Part shown: positions 1 to 14,190 of the stretch, one piece after another
How the letters are laid out: every line of letters begins with the position of its first letter
How positions within the stretch are numbered: position 1 is the first letter of the stretch
Assembly: GCA_043228905.1 (NCBI GenBank)
Contig: JBHGNT010000022.1
Location: 5,890,001-5,954,000 of the forward strand
DNA from: Azolla caroliniana
Lineage: Eukaryota > Plantae > Polypodiophyta
Direction of reading: 5' to 3'
Length of the DNA stretch: 64,000 nt
Made by a program: the position numbers and the translations under genes
Notes under the pieces: generated by a model
Databases searched by the model: none
Told to the model about the DNA's origin: nothing
The model's input: the letters and a program-made list of their open reading frames with translations, nothing else

Positions 1-1472
1 ACCACAGGGCAGTAGTCTTTCCACTTGAAGTCAGTGGACTGATGATGCGGTGGTGTGAGCTGGGAGCCTTGTCTCGGGAAATTCATCCAGATTCTCGCCT
101 TGGGCCCGAAATCAGAGGAAGGAGAGATGTCTCTCATTGGCTCGGGAGTGATCTTCCCCACCGTGTACCTTATCCCCAGCTGCAGGTTCAGCATCAAATC
201 ATAGCTGTGGTGCCCCTTGTATATCGTCTCCCCGGTCCCGGCCCCGGCCCCGGCCCTGACCATGCCGCCTCCTCCTCCTCCTCTCAAACGTTGCTCTCGC
301 CTTCTGCTGCGCTGGCATTGCTGTTGTTTCCATCCTCCCTTTCTTCCCACATTCCGGCCTTCTTCGTCCTTCACGGCCACAGCCGCCTCGTTTACAAGCA
401 CACCATGCACATACTCCCTTTCAAACACCACCACTCTCACTACTCTCACTCCCACACTCTCCTCCTCCTCCTTCCCAGAGCTGTTGCTATCCAACAACAG
501 ACACTTATCCCCTACATTGGAATTGGAGGAGGAGGAGGAGGAGGTGGAGGAAGAAGAAGAAGAAGAGAAAGAGGAGTCAAGAAGAGATAGGCAATCCGGC
601 CACAACCCTGTATCGGAAGTGACAGAGCTGTCACCACTGCTGCATTCATTCGTCGTTAGGGGAGCATTAACATCATCGGATAAAGAAGATGAAGATGAAG
701 ATGACGATGAGGAGCAGGAGCAGGAGGAATGAGAGGATTTGAGATGAGACGCCAAAGAAGCACCATCATCATCATCTTCTTCTTCCTCATCATATGGTCC
801 ATGGATATTATTATGATTACCAGCATGATGAGCAACATAATAATAATATATGCCTTTCCCGTGTTTGAGGCCGTTGGCCCATGTGCCGACGTAGGAGCTG
901 CCATCGGCCCCCCATGTGTATACACCATGGCCATGCGGTTGCCCATCTACCCACTGCCCATCATACGTATCAGCAGCGTTGGAGTTGGAGTTGGAGGAGC
1001 ACCATGTCATGACCCCTCTCCCCCACATAACTCCTGCTTTCCAATCCCCAACATAACACTCCTTCCCATTACTACTACTACTACTAGTAGTAGTACTCCA
1101 CATGTACCTCCCAACACCTTCTGCCACACCTCGCATCCATGAGCCTTCATACACATCTCCATTAGCATACGTCTTGGTGCCCAGCCCTCTTTTCTGGTTC
1201 ATATACCATTGGCCAGTATAGGTGTTGCCGTCCGCACCTGTAAAGGACCCCATGCCATGGATGTAGCCACACATGAACTCACCTTCATATGTGGCTCCAG
1301 AGGGCCATGACATCTTGCCCTTCCCTGACTTCTTGCCTCTCACCCATTCTCCTTCATACATACATCCATCACGCCATACATATTTCCCTTTCCCGTGGGG
1401 CAGGTTACATTGCAACGACCCAACGAAGATATCCCCATTCGGAAAAAACCTCTCCTCTTCCGCCCTACCCAT
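1..1472 (-). CDS. PIP5K: Phosphatidylinositol-4-phosphate 5-kinase with N-terminal MORN repeats (5' part; runs off window edge)
   Basis: Manual translation of an open frame from ATG 1472 to the edge (absent from the ORF track because there is no stop). It reads [18 protein letters not shown], then MORN repeats ([39 protein letters not shown]), then the plant PIP5K motif [30 protein letters not shown]...[17 protein letters not shown]. An in-frame TAG lies upstream of the ATG. Confidence 0.93.
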   Translation of the reverse strand, partial: MGRAEEERFFPNGDIFVGSLQCNLPHGKGKYVWRDGCMYEGEWVRGKKSGKGKMSWPSGATYEGEFMCGYIHGMGSFTGADGNTYTGQWYMNQKRGLGTKTYANGDVYEGSWMRGVAEGVGRYMWSTTTSSSSSNGKECYVGDWKAGVMWGRGVMTWCSSNSNSNAADTYDGQWVDGQPHGHGVYTWGADGSSYVGTWANGLKHGKGIYYYYVAHHAGNHNNIHGPYDEEEEDDDDGASLASHLKSSHSSCSCSSSSSSSSSSLSDDVNAPLTTNECSSGDSSVTSDTGLWPDCLSLLDSSFSSSSSSSTSSSSSSNSNVGDKCLLLDSNSSGKEEEESVGVRVVRVVVFEREYVHGVLVNEAAVAVKDEEGRNVGRKGGWKQQQCQRSRRREQRLRGGGGGGMVRAGAGAGTGETIYKGHHSYDLMLNLQLGIRYTVGKITPEPMRDISPSSDFGPKARIWMNFPRQGSQLTPPHHQSTDFKWKDYCPV

Positions 1473-1651
1473 TATTAATATCGATCGGGGAGGGGGGGAA
1501 TCCAGATTGATTCCTCCACAGTGATGGTGATGAACTCGGATGATGGTGTCCTGAGACTAGCGGTTAGTATGTAAACCTCTTTCGGTCCATCCTCTCGGTA
1601 CAGATAGATACATACATACGTAAATTAAATGAGAGATAGATGAAGGAGTAG

Positions 1652-1654
<3 letters not shown>

Positions 1655-1685
<31 letters not shown>

Positions 1686-1840
1686 GGCATTGGTTAATGT
1701 TGCAATTGAGCATTCTCTTGTTACAGTTAGAGTTAGTTTATAAAAAACATAGTCGTAATTAATAGAACTTTTCCTCTGTTTCTTTTTGTTTATCAGAATT
1801 GTTGCACTGTTATGAAATCTTGAAACATTTTTGAATTTCT

Positions 1841-1874
<34 letters not shown>

Positions 1875-2630
1875 AGACTAATAATAAGAATGAGACTGAT
1901 AGGTGTATGTATGTATGGTATGTACGTGATGCGGGCGGCGGCAGGAAGAGCAAGCAAAGCAAGAAGAAGAAGAAGAAGAAGAAGAAGAAGAGTAGTGCAG
2001 AAGATGGAGCGCAACGGTAAGAAATGGGCGGGACGACGACCACAAAACCGGAAAGGAAGGAACGAAATGAGAGGAAGCGGCGGCAATCCAACGGCTAGTT
2101 AGCTAGTTATACATACATATGTACATACATACGACATATAATATAATATGTATGTATATGTATATATATACATACATAATACATATGTATAACTCTCTTT
2201 CTTTCTTTATTTGCTTGCTTGCTTATAAGTTATACTTATACATATGTAGTAAGTATTACATGGCTTTGACTTTGGTTGCCTTCCTTCCTTCCTTCCCTTT
2301 TCTTATTTTACTTGGTTAACGAAAAGTCTACTCCTACTACTCTTTTTACTCTACTACTACTACTACTAACTACTCTCCAAAACTACCTACTTAACTTGGA
2401 TAACCTACTCACTCACTCACTTTGCGAGAGGGACCCGAGGAGGTGGGTGGTTGGGTTGAATGTGGGTGGGCACGGTGTCTATCATCCACTAGCCCAATTC
2501 CAGACCCATTTGCTTCCTCTTTCGTGTGCTACCACGAGGAAAAGAAAAGCTCATTTAGGAAGCCAATTCTTAGGCAAAACTGACGAATATAATATATACA
2601 TACATATACATATACATATACATATAAATA
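1655..2630. repeat. Microsatellite cluster upstream of PIP5K: (AT)n, (AG)n, (AAG)n, (ACT)n, (ATAC/ATATAC)n
   Basis: Simple repeats directly visible. Confidence 0.85.
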
Positions 2631-3919
2631 CATACAAAGATGGATCAAATTCAAGGCGATGAAGCATCCCAACCCTTGATGGAAGCAAAAATCCACAAAA
2701 TTGGATAAGATAAAGCCGAAATGCAAGAGAAAAAGTAAATTTGCGAAAGCGGTGCTATTAAGGAGGACACTCAAATGGCATGATGCTGCACTATCATTTG
2801 CATATGATAAAACCATAGAGGACCAGCTCCAAACATGTGAAACATATGCCAACCACACAACACACACAAAGCTACCCATTCACATGTTACCCCATGTGAA
2901 AATATCTCAACAATAAGGAATTTTTATATTATTTGTGCGAAATTGTGAAATCAAAATATATCTCGGAAAGAAACTATGCATGACATTCAATAACATGTGA
3001 AATATATCTCACCCATTATGAAAATTATTGTAATGATCTTGGATTGCAAACACATGAAATATATCTCACATACAATGGCAACTTCAATCCTAGACTGCAA
3101 CCATGTGATATATGCAACGATCACAACAGAATAAGATTATGGTCTTGCATATACAAAATGGTGAACTCTATGCAAACCTCAACAACATATTCCAACCATA
3201 CTTGATTTTTCATGTTTGAGCTCATGACCTCACTCACAACCATTAAGGAAATGTATGTATGTGTACATCCACAAATTTGTGTGTCTTACTTCCCTTTATA
3301 GTAAAGGTCATGCTTGCACAATGTGCCAACCATAATTTCTATTTGAGTTAGGTTCATATTGAGTAATTATAGATAATCCATCATGTTTGTCCAATCTAAA
3401 CCCGACATTTTGAAGATTTATTCATATTAGCCATATGAAAAAGCTTTGAGTATTTGGATAAAAACGTCCCTTTTTGTTTGCTTTGGTAGATACATAAGAT
3501 AACAAAAGTTTTACCATTTATTGTAGATACCAAAAGGATAGCTTTCAAATGAATTAACTTAAAGGAAGATCGATTTTCAGCTTTGTGGATTGTCACAAGA
3601 TTTGCCCAAGTTTTTGGAATAAATAAATAAATAAATTTGCCCAAGAAAATAGAATTTCCTTTTTCTAATCACCATGGGTGCAAGCTCATTCGGTTCAAAC
3701 TAATAAGAACAATGATATGTGAAAGAAAAATGTGATAAAGAGACTATTTTATAGCGGTTTTACATGCATAAGAAGGGCTTCTACCTATATAAGAAGGTTA
3801 GCTACCTTCTTATTAGAGGAGTCTAGTTCAGTGGGGCTATGGATCTTGTTTGCTAAGCACATGCATTCTTTGTAGAACCCAAGGTACAACTCACATCAAC
3901 GCTCGATGGTGTGGGATGT

Positions 3920-5060
3920 TGTCGTAGAGTTCGTAATTGGTGTGTTGAACCACTAGGGTTATGTATGAATTCTTAACGAAAAGTGGGGAGAAATACAAGA
4001 GATGGAGATAGTGTATGATTCAACGAGCAAAGACTATATGATGAAAATATATTGTATTATATTGAGAATATAAGATTTTACCAAAGTTATAGTAGTTGAT
4101 CCTAAGGATGACACCTTATCTCTACCAAACTCCCACTCAAACCCTTGACTTCAATTTTGAGAGATGAAATGCTTCCTAGATGAATTAGCTCAATGTCTTG
4201 ATTATTATTTTCCTTCTTGATTAATCGCTTGATTGATTGAGTCCTACATGCTTCCCTTCATTCTCTTTATATTGGTGTTCAAATGCACGTGATGTATATG
4301 AGAGTGCATGCAATTGCACACATGTGCTACGTGTGATGCATGACATCCATGTTGCTCATTTGAGTCAGCATGTATGGAATATACATAAGACATAATTATG
4401 ATGATGAGAATATAAACTAATAGAAGAGCTTATCATAATGGTTCATACTCAGTGCTTGATATATTAGGCTATAACTTTGAGCCTCACAAATGTCACTTGA
4501 TATAATATTTGAATTTATTTTTATATCATGAAGCAATTGCTTCACAACACCCACCCCCTCTGAACTTGCATACATCTTGTGCAAGTCCACTCATCTTGGT
4601 CTCCATTCTATTCTTCAAGGTTTTCTTCTTCATATTCTATTAGTTCAGGTTCAACAACTTCCCTCTTCTTGAAAATCTTTATCCTCTTGCATACCATTGG
4701 AGTTCAGATCTCTGTTCCATCTAATGCATTAAGGTAGTAGCCTTATCTATAACCTTTCTTATTTCAGAAGGCCCAAATCACCTTTTTGCAAAGTTTAACT
4801 TCCAATTAGTACCATATTGGTTGTCAAGGCTATTGTCTAGTACCAATACCCAGTCTCCCTCTTGAATTTTTTGTGGTCGTAAGTCTTTTATTTCTATCAA
4901 GTCTTGCTTTGTTCTTGAAACATGCAAATTTAGTTTCTTCGTTGCCATTTCTAAATCCAAACTACGTGCAAGTCTTTAGTACTCATTTCTTACTCCCAAG
5001 GAAGCACTACCCATGTGGGGATATTTTCTTTAATTGACATTATTGGCTTTTGCCCTATAA
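3920..5060 (-). mobile_element. Old 3' remnant of a Gypsy element related to 13925-20940 (integrase C-terminus, PPT, 3' LTR about 3920-4549)
   Basis: ORF 4778..4960 (KIQEGDWVLVLDNSLDNQ) matches KIEEGDWVLVYDSSLDNQ at about 19925. PPT gagggggtggg lies at 4550-4560 (minus). The LTR starts TGTTGTGAAG and ends CTACGACA. Confidence 0.7.
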
Positions 5061-5246
5061 AACTATTTGTTGTTCCGTTAACCCATAAGGAAAAGGGTAG
5101 GACCTTTGGCCAATTACTTGCTCCACCTTAACAAGGTTTTGTTAAAGCTTTGTTATACCCTTTTGGTATACACGGGTCGAATATTTAATCCCTAAGTATC
5201 CTATCAAGAAGATTGTAGTTCGAGGACTGGATTGAAAGTTAATCAT

Positions 5247-5708
5247 TGTTGAGTAGACAAGCTCAACCGGATATGGATCGGAGAGACAGACCTGATTGTA
5301 ACTGGTAGGCCATTAGAGGCCTTCAATCTTAGCCTAATACGTATGCATATTCCTTAGAGTTAGTGTTAGTCGCTCGTATGAGCATTGAAGTACTTGTCAG
5401 TACTTTTGTCAGTCCTTTTAAGGACTTGTATAAAAAGTGTTATATAGGACATTTGTATGTACAAAGAGTTATTATTTTGAATTGAGTTTACTGTTCTGCT
5501 CTCTTTATCTCTCCCGCGTACTATGTATTCTCAAGCTTCCATTAAACCTTCATTTTCTGTTTTACTATTGTTATCTAGCTGAGCCAGTCTGTCTACAAGC
5601 TTCTATACTATGTATTCTCAAGCTTCCATTAAACCTTCATTTTCTGTTTTATTATTGTTATCTGGCTGAGCCAGTCTGTCTACAAGCTTCCGCACGTTAT
5701 TCTTTACA
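5247..5708 (+). mobile_element. Solo LTR (Copia-type family also at 26617 and 47932) with 5-bp TSD
   Basis: TG...CA ends; TSD ATCAT at 5242-5246 and 5709-5713; shared motif gagcatt(g/a)aagtact with the other copies; internal tandem duplication of about 87 bp. Confidence 0.75.
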
Positions 5709-6633
5709 ATCATACACCAATGGTTGATACTTAATTGTTAAACTAAAATTACTCTGATCGTTGTAATGAGACGCTATGTTGTTTGATCACCCACAACTGA
5801 TCGACTCACACAGTTAATTAACAAACACAGTTTAAATGGTAATACAGAGTTCCTCAAACAAAATAAAAATATTAACTTAACATAGTTATAGATTGATAAT
5901 TTTACAATGCTCTATGCCCCTTTTTAAAGGTGGCATGGAAAACTTACATCAAGAAAATACAACTACCGTTCGACAAAAACTAAAACTTTACAATGCTCTA
6001 TGCCCCTTTTTAAAGGTGACATGTGTTGGCCACCTAAGTCACCCAAGTGGGAAAAGGCAGAAGAAAAGGAAGGCGTAGGGACAGATACAACCGTAATGTA
6101 ATTATGAGGTTGTAAGTATAAAATGAAGCGTTATGAACGCTTGTAACGGTTCACGCTCCAAGCGTAACCGACCATGACCCTGTATATAAAGGGCATAGGA
6201 AACTTGTAAAAGCTAGCGTAAAATTTTGGGTAATCTTTGAATATAGTTTTGTTGCTTCGAATCGTTGTGTCTCTCAGCTGGTGTGTATACCCTGTGTGTG
6301 ATTAATTGTGTAAGTGACTCTGTGTAAAGATTACGCATTGTGCGAAGGAAGTCGGTTGTAGTCGTCTTCCTATTTCTCTTTCCCCCTAAGTGTACGCCAC
6401 GCTACGCACTACGCACTACACACTATGCCCACAACCCTTTCATGAGTAACCTGTATACACCATAATCTTCTTGAGCCGTACCCCGACGGACCGAGGGTAG
6501 ACTGTGTTTACCTTAGCTGGTAACACTTTTGGCACACCTAGTGATTTGTGATTTTCACAGCTGAACATCTGGGAATGGATGTCTAGCTGCCGACGCAGCA
6601 AAGAACCAATTCAGCAAGTTAGACCACAAACCC

Positions 6634-7550
6634 AGGCCAAAACCCGAAGGGCAGCAGAACGCGATGCGCAAAAAGCACGCCTCAACAACTGCTTTCCGGA
6701 TGTCTCGGAGAGTACACTCGAGTCGATGCTCACTGAGCAAAGCGGGAGTGGGTAGGAGGTCCTATCCTCACTTCATAACCATAGTGAAACCACCAGCACA
6801 ACACAAACCTCCCCACACCGCATCGGTAGTATTTACCCCAGCCCCAAACAATCTACTATGATGGCTTTCTCATACCCTCGCTTTAGCGGCGAAACCGACA
6901 CCGAAGGTCACAGTCGGTCGTTCCTAAATGTTTGGAATGCAAACCATGTGTTGCAGTGGCTTCTGGAAGCCGAAGCCCACACTTCCAAAATCGCGGAGTT
7001 TGGTTTGACCCTCGACGGACGGGTCGCCCATTGGCATTCCCAACTCAACATCGTGACTTTCGCTTCCTTCGACCAATTCCGCTCGGCATTTCTAGGCCGA
7101 AACCCGAAGGGCAGCAGAACGCGCTGCACAAAAAGCACGCCTCAACAATTGCTTTTCGGATGTCTCGGAGAGTACACTCGAGTCGACGCTCACTGAGCAA
7201 AGCGGGAGTGGATAGGAGGTCCTATCCCCACTTCATAACCATAGTGAAACCACTAGCACAACACAAACCTCCCCACACCGCGTCCGCAATATTTACCCTA
7301 GCCCCGGACAATCTACTGTGATGGCTTTCTCATACCCTCGCCTCAGCGGCGAAACTGACATCGAAGGTCACACTCGATCGTTCCTAAATGTTTGGAATGC
7401 GAACCATGTGTCATAGGGGCTTCTGGAAGCCGAAGCCCACACTTCCAAAATTGCGGAGTTTGGCTTGACCCTCAATGGACACGCCGCCCGTTGGCATTCC
7501 CAACTCGACATCGTGACTTTCGCTTCCTTCGACCAATTCCGCTCGGCATT
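6634..7550 (+). repeat. 460-bp tandem duplication in gag region
   Basis: Two copies start aggcc(a/g)aaacccgaagggcagcagaacgcg at 6634 and 7094. Confidence 0.9.
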
Positions 7551-9068
7551 TTTACACTTCTTTCACTGAAGCATTCCGCAACGCAAGATTATTGGCCATT
7601 TTTACTCTATTTGGTAGCTCCAGCAAGAGTCAATCGCTGATTTCAGCCTACAATTCAAGAATCTAAGGTGCCAGCTAACAAGAGCTCCCACGGAAGACGA
7701 GGCAAAAGAAATGTTTTGGGTTGCCTTGCGCTGGCCATTGCGGACGACGTTGGGAATGCAAAACTTCACGAGACAAATGGCAGACACGATCATTGAACGA
7801 GCCCTACAGCTAGAGTTAGAGGACGAGGACGACGTGCTTTCCATGGCATCATTACAACAAGTGTTACTAAGAGATAAGGAGTATCATTTCCGACAGGCCA
7901 TCCAATGCACGATATGTTTAAACTAAGGGCACTCAGTGGTCGATTGCAACATGCGAGTCCACTGCCCTATTTGTCACTCGCGGGCGCGTACAACAAACCA
8001 ATGGGAATATAATATGCTAAATCTCCCTATAGCACCGGTACGCCGTATCGAGCCTCAACGTACTAATCGACAAAGCGACCGGAGCTGACAAGAGGAGCAC
8101 TACCGGAGTTCGGAGAGCAACCATCGTTCGGGCCGTCCCAATCGTCGTCACTGCGACAATGATCCCTATTCGGAGGATGAGGATCAGGAGGAAGAGGAGT
8201 ACCCAAGATATGATCGCTATAATCCTCGGGGAGGATGACGCTACGACAACCGGCATTCCACTAACAATCGTGGTGGACAGGCCAAGTCGCACTCATACGA
8301 CGCAAATCGACAATCGCAAAATCAACGTATCCACGACGAGAGTTCAGAGGATGAGCATCGCCAGGATAATCGTCACGATTATCGTCGGAAGCCTCGTAAT
8401 AACAAACATTACCATTGATCTTGGGAACAACAGGCGCCACCAACCGAGCCGGTAGCAACCCCAATTGTCGAAAAAGGTGAGTCAAGTGTCCATTGTTTTA
8501 TTTTCCAACAACGAAGACATTATGTGACTCAATGCCCACGACGCGATAAAGGAAAAGGGCCGGCCGTGAACACCATCACGACGGAAGTCCAACAAGTTAC
8601 GACCCACAATAAGGCCAAGACCACTGAATGGGCAAAGCAAGACGAGATCCGTGAAGCCGCTAAATCTTGGGCCAAAAAGGTGAATGAAGCCAATGTTAAC
8701 TGCATGCGTCAGGAGTTGGCGAACGCAGGTTCATCCTCCCACGTAAAGGATACGACACCAGCAGACGACCGATATGGAAAGCACTTGTGGATTGTCAAAT
8801 TACTTTGACAATGGATAAGTTATTGAACTTGGTTCCTCGATTTCGGGAGGCTGTGGAAATACAAATATGGAGCGTGGATAGAGTCGAGATTCCGACCAAT
8901 TTTGCAAAGTCTAGTATGGGACCAACAGGATTGACCATCAAAATCCAGCTATCAAAGTGGTTTTGCAAGGTGAGGAAATCCCATGTTGTATTGTCGATGG
9001 AGGTTCCGGTGTGAACGTTATCAATAAAGCCACACGCAACCATCTAGGCATTACGGAGTGGGAAGTAT

Positions 9069-10590
9069 TGTTATGTACACATAATGCTGGTGAGGGTAGG
9101 TCACTAATATTTACATTAGTGAAGGGTATGTTCACTAATGTTAAAAAAGGGGCTAATGTGATTGGATAGAAGGAATGATAGGTGCATGCACTATCATGAT
9201 TTGGACAACCAATGAATGGAGACCCTTTTAGAAAGGCACATCTATTGAAGGGGCCAAGGAAAAGGTATAAATATGAGGCTTAGCTACCCTCATAAGGACA
9301 TTACGTCGGAAGGCTGCTGTCTTAGACACCGGTGGTGCGGGCTAGGCTTTCATCTCGACGATCGTGTTTATCTCTTCCAAGGTATTGGTCATCCTAATAT
9401 CCGACGGTATGGGACGTCGATGGTAGGTTGGTTATGTCTAGATCATAGCTCGGGGGTGGTCGGGTGGAACGGGTTCTTCTATCCAATCTATTTTCCTACT
9501 TTTACTTTACTTTGGTATATTGATTAGTAATAGACTCTTAACAGTGGTATCAGAGCATTTACTAACAATTTTTTTTTGTTGTTTTGATATTTTTTGCATG
9601 TGAGCGATGGGGATCTAACAAGGCTCGTCATGCTCTTCATAGGATCAAAACAACATTCTTAACCTAGTATTCTTCTTTCTCGATCTCTCTTTTCTTTTCT
9701 ATGATGCTTTCTTCTTGGTCATATGGAAGTGGTATTACGTTTTCTTTTCTTTTCTTTCTTCTTTCTACCATGATACGATTTTAATTATTATCGTGCATCG
9801 GGTGGAACATGTTTGCACTAATCGCACACGCTCAACTCATGGCCCTTTTGCATATCGCGATGTATCTCCCACTCTCCCCTCTCTTGAGCCATCTCTTACG
9901 ATAATAATTATTCTTGTGCATCGGGTCAAGCGTGTTTGCTCTAATCGCACACGCTCAACTCATGGCCCTTTTGCATATGATGTTGAGTATGCCACTCTTC
10001 GCTTTATTGAGCCATCACTTGGCCCATTCCATGGGATGTTGCGGTCTTGACGAGGTTTATTTCGCCTCTCTACTCTCTATTGAGCCATAACTTGGCCGAT
10101 TCTATGGGATGTTGTGGTCTTAACGAGGTATATGTCGCTTACCTATGCCACTTTACTCTTTATTGAGCCATCACTTGGCCGATTCTATGGGATGTTGTGG
10201 TCTTAACAAGGTATATGTTGCTTACCTATGCCACGTTACTCTTTATTGAGCCATCACTTGGCCGATTCTAAGGAGATGTGGTGGTCTTGAGGAGGTGCAT
10301 GTCGACTACCTTAGGGTTTCATACCTTAAAGCATGCTTAATGTTTTTGCACCTAATTGATTATATTCTAATTATTTTCTACTTACACAAATTGTCTTTTC
10401 ACTTTCTGATGATTTTCTCATAATTGTCATTAATTACCCACCCACAATTAACTCTCTTTCTTGGCCTTATTTTAACCTCATCTACACTAGTTACGTACGT
10501 TTAATGGTGTAACGATTCATGTAGACTAATTTTTAATATTGAGTGGGCATCATGTTGCTTTTAATCACTACTGGAACTAAGCAGGGCACG
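9069..10590 (+). mobile_element. Inserted 5' LTR (9069-9543) with tRNA-iMet PBS and leader, truncated
   Basis: TGTTA...TAACA followed by tggtatcagagc (9545-9556). The TATA region tataaatatgaggc..taccctcat resembles the LTR at 25831. The leader has about 80-bp tandem repeats (10010-10310). It interrupts the host between protease and RT. Confidence 0.7.
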
Positions 10591-13500
10591 TGATGCATTT
10601 GATCAAGAAATGGAGATCTCTCGACGGGTTACAGCGTCGGCCTTAGAGGAAATTAATGTAGGGACGTTTGAGGTGCCACGACGTCTGTCCATAGCGAAGA
10701 ACCTGACGCCTCCCGAAAGGGTGGCGATGATCGACTTGTTGCAGGAATACAACGACGTATTTGCGTGGTCACATGAGGACATGAAGGGATTAGATCCCAA
10801 GTTTTATCAGCATCGGATCAATTTGGCGACGAACACTAAGCCAGTCCAACAAAGGTGCTATCGAATGAACCCAAATTACGTGGCACACGTAAAAAATGAA
10901 ATCGATAAACTTTTAAAAATCGGGTTCATTAGGCAAGTTAAACAAGCCACATGGCTTAGTCCGATCATGGTCGTACCAAAGAAAAACGGCAAAATCCTTG
11001 GTTGTGTTGGCTATCGCAAATTGAATGTAGTAATGATCACAGACGTCTTTCCTTTGCCGTTTACAGATAGCGTACTCGATGCTGTCGCAGGCCACGAGAT
11101 GTACAACTTTCTAGATGGCTTTAGCGGGTAGAATCAGATACGTATGCATCCAAAAGACCAAGAAAAAACCGTTTTTGTAACGAATTGGGGCGTGTTTGTA
11201 GTCGTGGTCATGATGTTCAGGTTGAAGACTGCCCCAACAACATTCCAACGCATCATCACCGAAATTTGTGGTGAGTTCATCCCCGCATTCATGCAAGTTT
11301 TTCACGATGACTTTGCCGTATATGGAGTGCGAGCGGATCATTTAGGTCATTTACGATTATGCTTGGAGCAATGCCGTTCTGCACGGCTCGGCTTCAATCC
11401 GGCCAAATGCACGCTCGGTGTCACGAGCGGAGCCCTTCTCGGACACATAGTGAGCAAAGAAGGTATTGTGGTTGATCCCGGAAAAATCAAAGTCATCATT
11501 GAGGCCCCAGCCCCATGCAACGCAAAAGCTCTTAGTCGCTTCTTGGGGTAGATTCGTTGGCACAGCCGCATGCTGCGCTATCTGGCAGATTTCGCCACGC
11601 CATTACACACAACGATGCATCACACTCCCTTCAAGTGGACAACAACAGAAGACAAGGCGTACTTAGCGCTAAAAGTAATGCTTACGCATGCACCAGTCGT
11701 ACAACCTCCGGTTTGGACGAAGTCGTTTCACGTGTTTGTGGACGCATCCAACATAGACATTGGTAGCACAGTCATGTAGCTAACCGAGCCGAATTGGTAT
11801 CGGCCAGTGTACTACTCCAGCTGCAAATTAATGGATGCCGAACGAAATTACTCCACAATAGAGCGAGAAGCATTAGGGATGATATATAGTGTCAACAAAT
11901 TTCGGCATTATCTATTAGGCCAGAAGTTCACCTTTCACTTTGATCACGCGGCGTTACTCTATCTCATCTCAAAACGGTCGTTGACCGGGAAGCTGGCCCG
12001 GTGGATGCTGCTGTTACAGGAGTTCGAGTTTGAGATCCAGCATTGGCTAGGAACCCAACAGGTAGTGGCCGATTATTTGAGTCGAATCGAAAATGGAGAA
12101 GAAGCGGTCGAAGGGCACGACGACTTTTCGGATATCGGAATCTTGCATATTTTTGCAAGTGATGCCAAGGAAGGCACACACTCCCCGAACAAATGGCTGG
12201 AGGAAATGACATATTTCTTAAGTACGGGGTTGCCACCTCCACGTCTACGTACAGATGAAAAGAAGCGTTTGGCAGTCAAAAGCCAGAATTTTTGTCTCCT
12301 CGAAGGAATACTATACCATAAAGGAAGCGATGGCATTTTGCGAAGGTGTGTAGGCCAAGATGAGAAGAGTGCGTTATTAGGAGAAGCTCACCGCGGAATA
12401 GCAAGTGGTCCCTACGCAGGGGGGGCAACCACACGTAAGATAGGGCAAGGAGGACTGTGGTGGCCGATGACACATAAGGATGCCCACACATACTGCAAAG
12501 AATGTGACCTATGTCAACGAATGGGCCAACCAACAGAACATTGGCCTTGTTGGCATAAAAGGCCGACTCCTTCCAAATTGTATCTGTCCGAGTGTGAACT
12601 CGTTAATAAGTTAGGGCTTAGTATATAAGCGAATACCTAACATTGTAATGAGTGATGATGAGAAGAGTATTGTATCTCTGAGAGAGAACTAAGTAATAAG
12701 AAGCTTTCCATTAAAGCTCGATCTACTGTCTAAGTCTCGATTCATTGTATTTTCTATGTGTGTTGTTTTCTGTGCATTAGCAAATAGGTCAGCAAACGTT
12801 TTCTGCATACGTAGACACACACATATATATATACATAGATCCACAACTGGTATCAGAGCGAATCTTTGTTGTTTGGCGGCAACAGACAACAGAAGAAGCT
12901 GAAAGAAAAGACCAGGTCAGAAATCTGAAGTTCACAAACAGAATATGGCTTCAACATCCGGAACAAGAGTTGAAATCAGAAAATTTGATGGCAAAAACTT
13001 TGCCTTGTGGAAGGAGATGATGCACGATATGTTGATCATTCAAAGATAGGTCGAAGCCATTCGGCACAGCAAAAAACCTACTTCAATGACATCCGAGGAG
13101 TGGAGATTAATAGACGAAATTGCACGCTCCACCATCCGAATGCATTTGGCCGAAAACGTCTATTTCAACATAGCGAAAGAGACAACATTCTCATTGTGGG
13201 AGAAGCTACAAGCCGTTTATGAAAAGAAGTAATCATCTTCGAAACTGATTTTAATCAAACAACTGTTCAACGTGAAGATGAGAGAGACCAATCCGGCAAA
13301 CTCTCACATCAACACCTTCAGCCGGGTGTTGTCTGAGGTCTCGTCACAAAGGATCAACTTCGAAGAAGAAGTGAAAGCCCTTGCCCTCCTATCGAGCTTG
13401 CCGGTGAGTTGGGAGGTATTCTGCACGACATATGCCAATAGTCGACTGATCCTAAACATGGACGAAACAATCAGCCAAGTCCTCACAGAGGACATCAAGT

Positions 13501-14151
13501 GAAAATTTATGGGACTAACCATCGATGAGTCGGCAGAAGCCCATCACTCGACCAAGTCATTCGACCGACAAAGTCGAATGAAAGAACAAGCTGACAGAAC
13601 TAGTCGACGCTACAACCGATCGAAAACAAGGGGAGACCGACAACGGTCGAAGTTGAAAACGGGCTGATCAAGCGAGTACTACAAACACTGCAAGAAAGCT
13701 GGCCACAATGTTTCCAACTGATGGTCATTAAAAAGAAAAGAGAGTGGTTGGCGATCCGAGCAGAATCGGGGACGTTCCAACTCGGACCACTCTCCAGTCG
13801 ATCTGGTTGCCGACACCTGATCCGGAGAAATCCTCTCCTTAGAGGACTCAATGATCGGAGAAGTCCTCTACAATGCACAAGTTGCACACACGTGGCTACT
13901 AGACTCTGGCGCCACATTTCACGTTGTCGTGAAGAAAACCGTCCACAAACGGAATCGGTGTACCGGAGCGTAGGAACCGACTCTTCATGCACGTGCGCCT
14001 TATGTTGTACATAGGAGATCCTAGGTAGATTCGGTAGGTAGGAAGTAAAGGGGAAACGGCTCCTTCCTTGCCTATAAAAGGAGGGAGACGAGGAGGGTAG
14101 AAGGGATCGCGGAGAGGCCAGGACGAAGTGTTGTCGGTTTGCGTGCGAAGG

Positions 14152-14190
<39 letters not shown>

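Larger units (their letters stand above)
6024..12547 (+). mobile_element. Degenerate non-chromoviral Ty3/Gypsy (Athila/Tat-like) element, 3'-truncated
   Basis: 5' LTR 6024-6525 (TGTTGG...TAACA), PBS-like tggcacacctagtg, gag (YPRFSGE), CCHC remnant near 7905, protease CIVDGGSGVN near 8990, RT (LDGFSG, VFHDD), RNase H (FVDAS, NYSTIEREAL) and integrase HHCC (CKECDLCQR). It has many stops and ends at the Copia LTR at 12548. Confidence 0.88.

Noticed and set aside
42-1524. Plus-strand ORFs (182, 171, 137 aa and others)
   Set aside because: Low-complexity antisense shadows of the minus-strand PIP5K exon.
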